Of a stretch of DNA of 64,000 nucleotides, positions 14,201 through 25,225 are shown piece after piece (position 1 is the first letter of the stretch; the number at the start of each line of letters is the position of its first letter). The DNA comes from Selaginella moellendorffii (taxonomy: Eukaryota > Plantae > Lycopodiophyta). The position numbers and the translations under genes are program-made. Where the stretch lies: NCBI RefSeq assembly GCF_000143415.4, contig NW_003314266.1, forward strand, positions 199,329 through 263,328, in the 5' to 3' direction. The notes under the pieces are model-generated. The model saw nothing but the letters and a program-made list of their open reading frames with translations, searched no databases and was not told the origin of the DNA.

Positions 14201-14799
14201 TTTGTCAAACAAGATAGGAATGAAGAATTTTATTAGGAAAACTGAATTTGCAATGTGTGCAAGAAGTGCAAGAAACTACAATTGAATATAATGCCATAAT
14301 ATTATAATTAACTTTTTTTTTATTTCTTATAAATTTTTCTTTTGCTGTGCATCACTTGATTTGCTGCATTAAATAATTTAATTTTATCAATAATTATAAA
14401 TATGTTTATAATTTATAAATCAAGATTAACATTTGCATATTAACCATTAGATAGTAGAATAAAACAGAATATTTTAGGAAGTTTTTAGGAAAGTTTATAA
14501 ATTATAAACATGATTATAAATTATAAATACAAGATTAATCTAAATGAATAACAACTGTTAGATGGTAGAATATCCTAGAATATTTAGGCATATTTTAGGT
14601 ATATTCACTACCATCCTAGTTGCCCTTAAAAAAACAAAAAAATTCAGAATATGATTGAAAATTTGATATTGTTTAATATATAACTTATGGCAATGAAATG
14701 AATAATTTGATTAATTCAATTACCAATTATTGAGAAATTATTATAAATGATATTTAACTAGAAACTCTAGTATGAAGTAAATGAAAGAAGAAACTTGGC

Positions 14800-16100
14800 A
14801 ATGGGATAGTGCTTTTGTTTTTGTTCCTTTCTTTCTCTTTTAGATCTAGATTTATATTAGCTTTTTGAAAACTTTGTTATTATTGTACTTAGATTTATTC
14901 TTTCTTTGGATCTTCATTACATTCCCTTCTTCTGCCATACTATGCCATCATCAATCAAGGAATATATAAATGTTAATATTGCTTTGTTAAATGATCATCT
15001 TGGTGAAGTAACTATTTTTGGTGTATTGCCATCATCCACTTCCATAGAACATGATTACATGACTTATTTTATTCTTAGTGTTTTTCTATTTCCCATTGAT
15101 GTAGAATGTGATCATAACATTGATTGGAGAGCTATGCTGATTCTTGAAAAATGTTTAAAGATTAAATTTATAGGAAAATGATGTTTATAAGCTTAAATGG
15201 AATCTGGATTATGATGAAAAGTTGGATTATTATGAAAATAAATTTGAAGATGAGTTTGAGATTTCACAAGATAGATCTTAATCCTTCAATTTATCATTTG
15301 ATCTTTTTTCTTAACCTTTTGTTTTTTACCAGCTTTTCCTCCTTATCATGTTCCTAGTGTTTCTTCCTCATCTACAGTGTTTCCTTTTTCTGATATGTTG
15401 ATCATTTGTGACTCTTATAATTTTCATTCTCAGTTTAGTGTTGAGTTAAGTGTTTTTCTATCTTCCTCACACTAATTTAAATGTAGAGCATATGTATGAA
15501 GTTGAGAATCTTACTTTTGTTTCATTGATAAAGTCTTTGATCAATTCTAGGGTTGAGTATTTTTTTATACAAAGGATTGAGTCATTTTGGTTAGAGTTTC
15601 GAGTTGAGTGTATATCCCTACTTGTGAGTGCTTTTACTTTACTATTATTGTTGAGGAATTTATATATTACTTTGAGAGTGTGAACATTTTTATTAATTTT
15701 TCCATCTTAAGTATTAAGTTGTGTGTTGAGGAGGTTGAATGGTGTGAATTTTTTGTTTATATTGTGGTGGTTGAATTATTTTATGATAGGAAATTCTTTA
15801 TTTTTCTAAGCTTTGAGCACATATCTTTTTTATATTTTTATTTCTACATTGATAGCTAATGAAAATTCCTCTTCTAATGCTTCTTTATTTACTTTTTCTT
15901 TTTCCACAATATTTCTTCCTCAATTTTTTTCATTTTATCCTTTTTACCTCGACACTTCAAACTTTTTATTTTTTGGAGGAGGGGGTAGACAAGATGGATG
16001 GGAATCCAATCCCAATGATGGAGTGAGGACGAGTGAATATAATAGTGGGATGAAAATGAATAATATGGATTATAGAGTGAGAATGAGTATAATGAGTCTA
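14800..16100 (+). mobile_element. Degenerate LTR-element relic (copy B)
   Basis: Reverse complement of about 600-1800. Translated remnants match between copies: GVLPSSTSIEHDY vs GVLPLPTSIEHNY. Confidence 0.65.
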
Positions 16101-16779
16101 AATGGAATATTCAATTTTAACATAGTGAGTCTAAATGAATGTGATATTAAAGTAAGGCTGAACATAAATAATGAAGTGAGGACGATCACAACAAGTTCGA
16201 ATGGAGCTAATGTTTCAAAACTTTTTTTTTTTTGAAGAATGAATAAGGAGAAGGTGGAGGACAAATGAAATGAATCTAACCTCCTATATACAGTGCTAAA
16301 CGAGGATGAAAGTCATGAGTTTGAGTTAATATGAGTTTCAAATGTCAACCAAAGTGAAGATGCAAAAGTAAATTTTACTTATGGTTGTGAGTCTAAATTA
16401 ATGATGGTTTTGGAAAATAGTTGACAATCAAATTTAGAAATGGGATATATTGTTTGCTACAATAGTGCTTTATAAACTATAATGGCTCTTCGGTTTAAAG
16501 TTATGACTTCAAGGTTAATTCTAGCATTTGGAAGTTATATATGGAATTACAAAGCCAATAAAAAGCCAAACCCTTGTGAGAGCAAGTGGAGGATTCTATA
16601 GTCAATTGACACTTGTGTTATGATTTTAGGTTTTGTTTCAGTTATATATTAATGGTTATATGAGAGCTTCAGATTCTTATGGTAATCAATTATCACCCAA
16701 TAAAAGCTTTAAGTGTTTCACTTGACTTATTATCATTGTTTTTTCATCTTCTAGAGAGGAGGATGATATAAGGTATATA

Positions 16780-18420
16780 AATACATATATGTATATACAT
16801 GTATTACTGTACCTAGGTAATACACTAATTATAATACTATAGCATTTATGACTGAACTTGATCCATCCATTTTTGTATATAAGCAAGGGTCTAAACCCCA
16901 ATTAAGATATTATTCCCATATTTTGAGCACTCACAATTATAAAATTTTTGAATTTATCTTTGATTGAAATTTAGACTTGTTAATAACATTTATATTATTG
17001 ATATATATATAGGATTACTTAATATCTCCCTTGTGCTTTTGAAATCTATAAAATTTATATATGTAAATTTAGTAATTTTGCAAACATTATTTAGCTATAA
17101 TTTGCAAGACTACTTGGTTATACTTTCCAAAGACACATTTATAAGGGATGATATGATACTAACAACTGTAACTTTAATGTTTGTTGCATTTTTTAGTTAT
17201 ATGTAAACCAGTTTAAATTTAAATTTTTAACAATTAAGAATGCTCTTATAACTGTTTATCTTATGTATCTTATATTTGTGAGTGTTTGGGATTTGGGAAT
17301 AGATATATTAATCCCAAATGGATGGTTTATATATTATATTACTATAATATTATTTATGTAAAATAATATAGATTTAATATGAAAAAGTGATACTGATAAG
17401 TTAGGTGGATTATCTATTAGAAAATTATAAACTACTAGTTGAAGCTCTCATAGAACCACTAAAGTATGACAAATGTTAAATGCTCAAATCAACCTCAAAT
17501 CTATAATTGTGAACTAAAGCAAGGGACTTATAAGGCAATATTGTTGTAACAAATTATAAATTATGTCTTTATGTCTGTCCTATTTTGGCCAACCTCTAAA
17601 CCATTATTAACTTAAACTCATAACCATGTCATCTTTTAAAACTTGTGTTAACTTAGACTAAAAATTATCATTTGTTTAACATTGTATACTAAAAGGGTTA
17701 AACTCACTTTATCCTTTATATCCTCATTATCTCTTCCTCAAAAGGAAAAAAAAAATTGAAGCATTAGTTTCATTTAGATTTGTTATATTTATCCTCACTC
17801 CACTATTATATCCATTTGCACTCACTCTATTGGGGTTGGATATTCATTTTTACTCCACAATCTATATCATTTATTGTCACTTTAATACCATTTTAGTTGA
17901 TGTTACAATTATGCTCCACATCAGTAGGAGAACATTGAGAATAGAAGAAGTTATGTAATCCCATCCCATAGAAGTTGAATAACAACACACTATAAACTAA
18001 AGCAATGCCAATATAATCATAACTTATAACACTAAAAGCTCGATCAACATATGACATAGTAGTAAGAATAATATACCAAATGAGGATAATGGGGCAACAT
18101 CTACAGCCTCAAATGACACACTCCTCAATTTATAATAGTATGGTATGACAAAAGAGGGAAATGAGCAAAATAATAGCTAAAACTCTAGATCTCACAATAA
18201 GTTTAAAGGAATAAAATATGAATAATGGAGCCAATCTTAAATAGAATAAAGCACTACCAATGAAGCTTTACCCTATAAATACAATTTGTAAACCTCAATT
18301 AATATAAGTGTTTGGGATATATATATAGAATGGATGGATCAAATTCAGTTCCAAATGAATGGTTTATATATTATATAATTATAATTAATATTTTACCTAA
18401 ATAGGGTAAAGAGAAGTTGA
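16780..18420. mobile_element. LTR-like pieces and deleted copy C of the same relic family
   Basis: TGTGAGTG-initiated LTR-like stretches at about 16935 (-) and 17277 (+) resemble the Gypsy LTR end at 45411. About 17900-18300 matches 1450-1830. Confidence 0.5.
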
Positions 18421-19559
18421 GATACAATTTATTAGAGTTCAAATATAGAGGGAAGGTGAAATTAAGCATTTTTACATTTGAATAGTATTGGGACATTGAG
18501 TTTGAATACGTAACCTCATGAAACTTGAATTCCAAAGCTTACATTATAGGGTCATATACATTCAAGGTCAATTAATAATTTTTTATATTATAATTATTGT
18601 AACATTGTCACAATAAAATTACTTTAAGTTTTAAATAAATTTATTAACTTAATTTAATTGTGAATACTAATAAAATTATGTACAATTTCTTATATATCAT
18701 ATAAAAATTAAAATTAAAATAAAGCATAATAAATTGCATCAGTCTTGGCCATCATTTTCGTTTCTATTTGTTTTTTCCGTTTTCGAGAGTACGTTACTAA
18801 AGAGCAGCTTTTTTCCATCTCATGGTAGCTGGGATGGACCTTCGTCTTCAGCTCCAGGTAAGCTCTTCCGATTTTAAAGCCTCCCGTCGATTTACAGTCT
18901 GTCAGATTAGTCAAGTGCTCGGGCCCTCAACGAACCTAAAGAGAGAACTATTGTTCCTGCGAAGGCAAATCGTTCACTCGACCTGCCTCATGATCGAGAG
19001 TACTGTTCCAGCGAAAGCAAATCGTTTGTAAGTAGCCATTTAATCCCTGAAAATCTTATAATTTTAATTACTCAATTAGTGATAAAGGATCTAGTCCTAG
19101 TTCCAACCAAGTGGTGGGAGGAGCTGCAGTGAAGTGGTGGCTGATGCAGCAAGGAAAGTAGAGAGTTCCAATCTAGATTTTGAGGATAGAGAGATACAAA
19201 ATTTCCTATGCTAAAGGCTGGCAAGGAGTGATCATACAGCACATTACTCTGTACTGCTGCTTTGGCTTTGCAATATAAAGGCAAAAATCACGATCTTTGA
19301 AGCACAAGACCTAGGAAGAATAAAAATATCTGCTCCATTGATCTTCTTGCGAGCATATTTCCCACTGCTGTCCTACCACCGAGTCACCCAGCCGCCCCTG
19401 CTCACTAGCACGACCACATTCCGGATTAATAAGGAAAGTGTGTTATTGCTTCCTCAAAGTTTTGGTAAGGATGAATAGCCTTGGTAGCTAGCATTCAAAT
19501 CTTTTTGATTAATTAATTTGAACATAAGGTTTGATTCAACCTTAACTTGGCAAAAAGAA

Positions 19560-20490
19560 CAAACGGAGTCCAAATGAGGATGCTGCGCTGTTTTCCTTTT
19601 CAACCATTTGCTCGCGGCACTGCTCTACCACCAGTGGGAGTGCTCTAGAAAGTGAGTCGTAAGCTTCTGCAGCCCGCACATCGGCGAGCACCCGGACTCC
19701 TTCATTAGCCGAAGACGTTTCGAACGCAAGGCATGGATCAAGCCTGTGAACCTGGCACAGCTGGAACATGCCTGCGAAGATGTCGAGCTTTCCTTGTTGT
19801 CAGTCACAGTATCTGGAGACTCGAAGACTTCATAAAGCCCGGCCAAGTTCCTCATCCACTCTGCCTTGCTCGACCGTGTAGCTACTTCCACTTCTGAAGG
19901 AACTAGTCAAAGTCCTGATGCCATTCGTTCGATAAGATAAAATGCTTGCACGACCCTGGCCGAGAAAAGGAGTCACCAAAGTGTTGTAGTTGACAGCAAT
20001 GGGAACACTGCCTTGTCCAGCCATCTCCTCCAGGTCCGCAGCATGGACCCGGACTCCTCCATTACCAGACGATGTTTCAAACGATCGAGCCTGTGAGCCT
20101 GGCACAGCCTGCCTGCGAGCTTTTTTCCCTTGTCTCCTTGCAAGTCACAGTATTTGGAGAAACTTCCGTCTCTGAAGACTTCAAGTTTCCTGCCTATGAT
20201 GAAAACAGTCGGTGACGAGAAGATGTCGGCCAAACGTTGCAATACCATGCCAGCTTGATAGCTTGGTGGCGTCCGGAGGTCAGGAGTATCTGTTAGAAGA
20301 ACTGCACCTCATCCACTCTGCCTTGCTCGAACAGAGTGTGAATCTTAATATCTGGAGAAAGCCTGTGCCGTCCACAACTTTGAAAGCTCCTTCCAGGATG
20401 ACCGCACTAGAGTGCCATTCGTCTGAGAGAAAAGGTTTCCTTTGCACGACCCTGGCTGAGGAGAGCATTCATCGAGTGTTGTAGGCGACA
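19560..20490 (-). pseudogene. Degraded P-class PPR gene remnants
   Basis: EEMAGQGSVPIAVNYNTLV, a repeated SSKAEWMR/EQGRVDE segment and other PPR-like pieces with stops and frameshifts. Confidence 0.55.
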
Positions 20491-20699
20491 GAATTAAGAG
20501 CACAGCCTTGTCCTGTCATATCCTCCTGGAGGTAGTTTGTATCCTTTGTCAACCTCGTTGTCTCGTGACGACTTTTGGCCGAGGATTCGAAAAGCCATTT
20601 CCCTGTAGCCGCCTAAAGCATGCCTGCCGAGCTGGAGTACGCTCAGAAGCGATGCGCTTGAAAATTGTGTAAGCAGGACCAGGCTTTGAAAATGCAGCA

Positions 20700-21040
20700 T
20701 TTATCATCCTTCTAAATCAAAGAATCCAAGAGAATCCTTCCTACAAGAGGATCAGTAGATGTGATTGTGCCGCTCCTGTAGAAGGCATTGGACGCTTGGA
20801 ACTTGAGAAGGATGACATCAATGCTTCTTCTGGAAGAGCTCCCAGAAAAACACCGAACTTGCCGGTCCCTGGTGTACCCAGCGCAACCACAGATGCTACG
20901 AGTCGCTGTGCGTCGAGGATTCTGTCGCAGCAGCTCCTCACGTACACCAGTTGTTTTGATATAGTAGGCCAGTAAGCATTCTTGGCAACCGCGACAACTT
21001 ACCATCAGCGTCTTTGAGAATTCTCCAAGATGCTCGTAGT
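20700..21040 (-). pseudogene. P-loop NTPase relic (paralog of 13552-13920)
   Basis: VYVRSCCDRILDAQRLVASVVALGTPGTGKFG...STDPLVGRILLDS. Lies directly downstream of a germin 3' fragment, as the other copy does. Confidence 0.4.
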
Positions 21041-21059
21041 CTGTGCCAGTGATTGCGCT

Positions 21060-21235
21060 CGTTCTCGTTCGCAGATTTCACCTTTTGCACAAGAGCATTG
21101 TCGATCTGGAACATCCTCTCGGTGACGGTGTCCAAGATGGGTGGGTTCGAGCCTTGGCAACCGGGAAAACTCCGGGGTTCTGCGAGTTATACCCGCCCAC
21201 CACCGCAGGCTCAGTGTAAACGATGATCTGGAAGT
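21060..21235 (-). pseudogene. Germin-like pseudogene, 3' portion
   Basis: FQIIVYTEPAVVGGYNSQNPGVFPVAKA and ILDTVTERMFQIDNALVQKV match the C-terminus of 12829-13500, with a frameshift. Confidence 0.88.
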
Positions 21236-21699
21236 CGGTCATGGAGAGCTCCATTTTCGCCTCCAGGGCCTTCATCGCTTGCAAGATCGCGAATTTCCAG
21301 CTCGGATCGACGCGAAGAGCGAGAGAAAGCCAGAAAGAAGGAGAAGATCCACCGATCCACCTCAAAATCCTCCGCCAAGAACGCGACTTTAGAGGCGAAG
21401 GAAAGCTGACGCATTGATTTCCATAAAACCATGTCAGCTCATACTACCGAGAAGACTCTCAAAGACCACAAGGGTCAAAACCATGTATGTTACAAGTTGA
21501 GAAATCGTTGGAATAGAAAATAGTGGAATAGAAAGTAACTATACGGTTTTGAGAAGTTATTCTGGCTTATGTTAAAAAAATTCTCGTTTGCTTCATTGAG
21601 CGTTCGAGTGACAGTGCTTGGAACAGGTTCTCCGAGCGTTGATTGCGTGGAACTTTGGCTCGATTGGAATCGTGAGCTTCTTCGTGGACCTGGCAAGGA

Positions 21700-23564
21700 A
21701 ATCAAATATCAGTTCCGGAGTTCTCAAGCTTCATTCTATGGCGATTACCTTTGAGGCCTGAAAGGCCGATCGAACAATGGCATTCTCACTTGCCTGCGTG
21801 TGTCTTTCATGTTTACTGGTTCGCTTGGAAGTGTTTGAGAAGTGGCCAAGTCCTTAGAGATCATCTGGATTGTGTGGTGTGAGTATGGTAGTACATAACC
21901 AGCAAAAGTTTGCGCACCTCGATGCTGACTTCTACTGGGCTTCGATTGTCTTTAGTCCTTGGTGGTGCTCGTTGATGTTTTCTCTTGAGAGGAAAAGCCT
22001 GTACAAAACAAAGTTATCCACAGAATGCGGTGTTGGAAGACGCCAAAGAAAATTACCTTTGGCTGGCTTGTAGCAGCAGATGGAGGTATTACAACCGAGC
22101 CCTCTCTAAGAGCGATGTACTGCTCCATCTTCTTGTTGAATTCAATCTCCTTGAGAGCACCTCTTTCCTGTTGGATGGTTTTCAAGGCTTTGAGAAGTTT
22201 GAAGTAACGTAGGAGCTACTTACCTCTGTTCTTAGCCTGAATGGTTGTGGACAAGTCACTCTTGGTCGCTTTAGCGGAATTGAGAGTGATGGCGGAGGAG
22301 AGGGACAAGCGACGGGAGGTATAGCCTGTTAGCACACAAGTCTTAGATTACACGACGCAATGCAAAGCAGGCACTTCACCTTTTTTATGGTCTTCCGTCT
22401 CGTGGTCGTCTCTATACTAATTTTCCTGCGAAACAAAAGAACATGTGTTTTAACGAAGAGAAAAGAGTGAAGTCTCGCGTACCGCCTTCTTCTTCCAGTT
22501 TGCTGTGTGTTTTCCTTACGTGTTGCTTTAAAAGAAAAAGCTGGCTTGGTTTCCTGTAAGTTACCAGTGTCTATCCGAGATTTGTCCACGGCCAGTTCTT
22601 CCGATTTTTGATCTGCGCAGACAGCACCGAGAACTTCCGAGCAAACTTTGACGGTCTTCTCTTCATCCCCCAGCCTCAGTAGTTTGATCGCAGATTCCAG
22701 TATGACCGCCTGCTCGACGACATACTTTGCGGCAGCTTCACTATCCCTGCCCGAGTCGCCTTGCTTTTTCTGTGACACTTGCAACTCCGACTGGGCAGCT
22801 TCAACTGCTTTTCGAGCCGGAAGCACAGTCGCTTCGTTTTGAGTCAGAGTTCCTCGATAAGATCCACAGTCTGCTCCGTCTCGAGGGGCGTCTCTCAGTT
22901 TTTGGAAAAGCGCCTTCGCTTTGCTGAACGGCTGTTGCTGCGTAGCTTTTCGAGTTCCAAGAACTTTCTTCTTCTGTGGAACAGTTGCCGGAAAATTCCC
23001 TGACAAATACCTGTAGACTTGAGGCACTGGAGAGACCTCTCCCGGCTTCTGGAGCTTTCTCACACCCTTTGCTGCTGGAGCTAGCTCTTTCTTGAAGATT
23101 TCGTTCGTGGCAACCTCGGCAGGTAATTGTCCAACTGGTTTTACTTGGTTTGGATCCTTGTTCTCTGAGCACTGCTCATACCTTGGCGACTTTGGATCCA
23201 ACGAAGAACTGTCCTTGATCAAAGATTGTTTCCTGGAAGAAAGATCTCTCCGATTAAGAGGGAAACGAAACAGCACGCTCAAACCTGGATGCATTGTTTG
23301 ATCCAGTTTGTAGAATCGATTGGACAGTGCTGTTCACAAGATCCTGGCAAGAACAACGGCTGGTCAAGCCCAAAGCCAATATTTCGGGGAAATCCGGCAT
23401 ACCTTGATGTTCTTGGAGGCCAATCCATCGAGGAACCACGCGTCGGCGTTGCCAGAATCTCTGGGATTGATGAAATCGTAGAACTTGGGCGCCTGGAAGC
23501 TCTCGTAAAACTCATCCCGGAAGAACGATATCCCGCTGCTCATTCCCAGCTCGAAATCGTCCAT
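21700..23564 (-). CDS. Lys/Ser-rich, probably disordered protein with N-terminal TPX2-type Aurora-binding motif; multi-exon, 3' end approximate
   Basis: ATG at 23564 gives MDDFELGMSSGISFFRDEFYESFQAPKFYDFINPRDSGNADAWF, a Y-x-x-x-x-AP-x-F-x-F...WF pattern like the TPX2 N-terminus. Further short GT-AG-bounded exons continue to about 21700. Confidence 0.65.
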
Positions 23565-23699
23565 TACCCTCCCGCCGCTCACTGAATCCAGCCTTTCTTT
23601 CCCAGTCCTAGCCCTAGCCCTTGCCGATGCTCGCTCATCCAGGAATCCAAGATCACCGAGAGGGCGACAAAGCCGCAAAATGCAATAAATTAGGGTTCT

Positions 23700-23812
23700 A
23701 CGGGGTCTTTAGTGACCGTTTGGGGAGCATATACCACGAATGTGGGCCGTCCGTGCGCAAGCCGTACATTTTCGTACTCGTCCGTACTACCCCCTCGTAC
23801 GTGACCGTTTCG
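23700..23812 (-). promoter_or_regulatory. MSA-like elements plus a phased CGTAC array
   Basis: AAACGGTCAC on the minus strand at 23712-23721 and 23801-23810. CGTAC at 23763, 23773, 23783 and 23796. Confidence 0.55.
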
Positions 23813-23831
23813 CGATTTTAACAGCTCCCTT

Positions 23832-25168
23832 TCATTCTTGTTTGGCTCGTTGTTGCGCAGTGGCTGCCGGGCTCGCGGTTGGATCGCGGCTGCGTTTTGG
23901 AGAACGCCACTTGCTCACAGCCGCCACGAATCCATCCGACATTATAAGACGAACTGCGTCGGCACCACGCTCGTAGCAAACATCAATCTGGAAGAGCCAA
24001 AAACGAGAACACGGGAAAAGATCTACCAAGTTAGTGAAAGTTCTCTCGATCAAACCAAGCTCTCTTTCACCTCAACTTTCTCGCGCTGCGTGAATTTTTG
24101 TAGCACGTAGGCTTTTGGATCCATGGCACCCGGGGGCCGTCCAATCCCTGTCGTAGAAAAGCAACGAAAACGCATTAACCAATGAGTGGATTCTTCGTCC
24201 CGTTACCGATGCGCAACCGAGGGATGTTCTTGTTGTCCTTGAATCTCTCGATGATGTTCCTCATGCTGCGAGAAACGTAGAACATCAGATGATTCGTGAG
24301 GTTCGAACGATGTGGAACTTTACCCGTTGTGACCACCCGGACCACCCTTGGGAACCATTTTCATTGCTGCTACGTCCAAGTCCATATCGTCGTGAATCTG
24401 GAAAATGGAACGCCATCGTTCTCGAGCAAGTGAAATCAAGAGCAGCTTACCACTAGTATGTTGTCGGGCTTGACTCTGTAGTACAAAGCAAGAGGCGAAA
24501 CCTGGGGAAAAGATTGGCAAAAGAAGTTCTTTCGCAAAGTGATAGTTTCGGCCATACCGCATCGCCACTTAAGTTCATGTATGTCTGTGGTTTAACGAGC
24601 AAAACTGGCACACCTTCGATCATGCCTGTAGCAAGCAAAAAACGAAGAAGGAAAAAAAATAAAATTCTCAGCGCTTGTGTGAAAGAAGGATCCAACCTTT
24701 TCCAACGAGCGCTTTGCATTGTATCGTGTTGAGCTTGATGTTTTCCTGAAGAGCCAAGAGATCGATCGCCTCAAAACCAACCTGGAACAAAGCAAAGAAC
24801 ACTCTAAGCGAAGAAAAAAAGCAAAGAGACACACCACAAACACACACATTGTGACGAGTTCCCACAAATTTGGAGCCCGGATTTCCCAGCCCGACAATCA
24901 TCCACTTGGAGGCCCTCGGGCGCTTGAAAGGCTCCTCATTGTCATCCGGATCATCGCTCTCTTCCTCCTGAGACGACGAAGGCCCTTCTCGCCCACCAGC
25001 GTTAGCTCTAGTCACAAACGAAATCCTCCAAGCCAATGCCGGAGGAGCCAACCTGGTGATGAATGCCGGCGCCACTCGAAGAGCTTGCGCAATCCCGGCA
25101 GCGCCGCTGGAGCTCCTCGCTACTTGCGGATGGAATCGGCCAACAGCGGCCGCGTAAGAGAGAATCAT
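23832..25168 (-). CDS. PTH: Peptidyl-tRNA hydrolase (organellar, N-terminal transit peptide), multi-exon
   Basis: MIVGLGNPG...GTRHNVGF, LVKPQTYMNLSG, IHDDMDL, GGPGGHNG, RLRIGIGRPPG. Confidence 0.95.
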
Positions 25169-25225
25169 AGCTCCCGGCCAAGAACCCTAAAATAATTTTA
25201 GGGCTCAAACAGAGGAGGAAGAGCA
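25169..25225. promoter_or_regulatory. 57 bp head-to-head spacer with palindrome CCCTAAAA-TAA-TTTTAGGG (telo-box-like)
   Basis: PTH ATG at 25168 (-) and UAP2 ATG at 25226 (+). Inverted repeat at 25185-25203. Confidence 0.6.
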
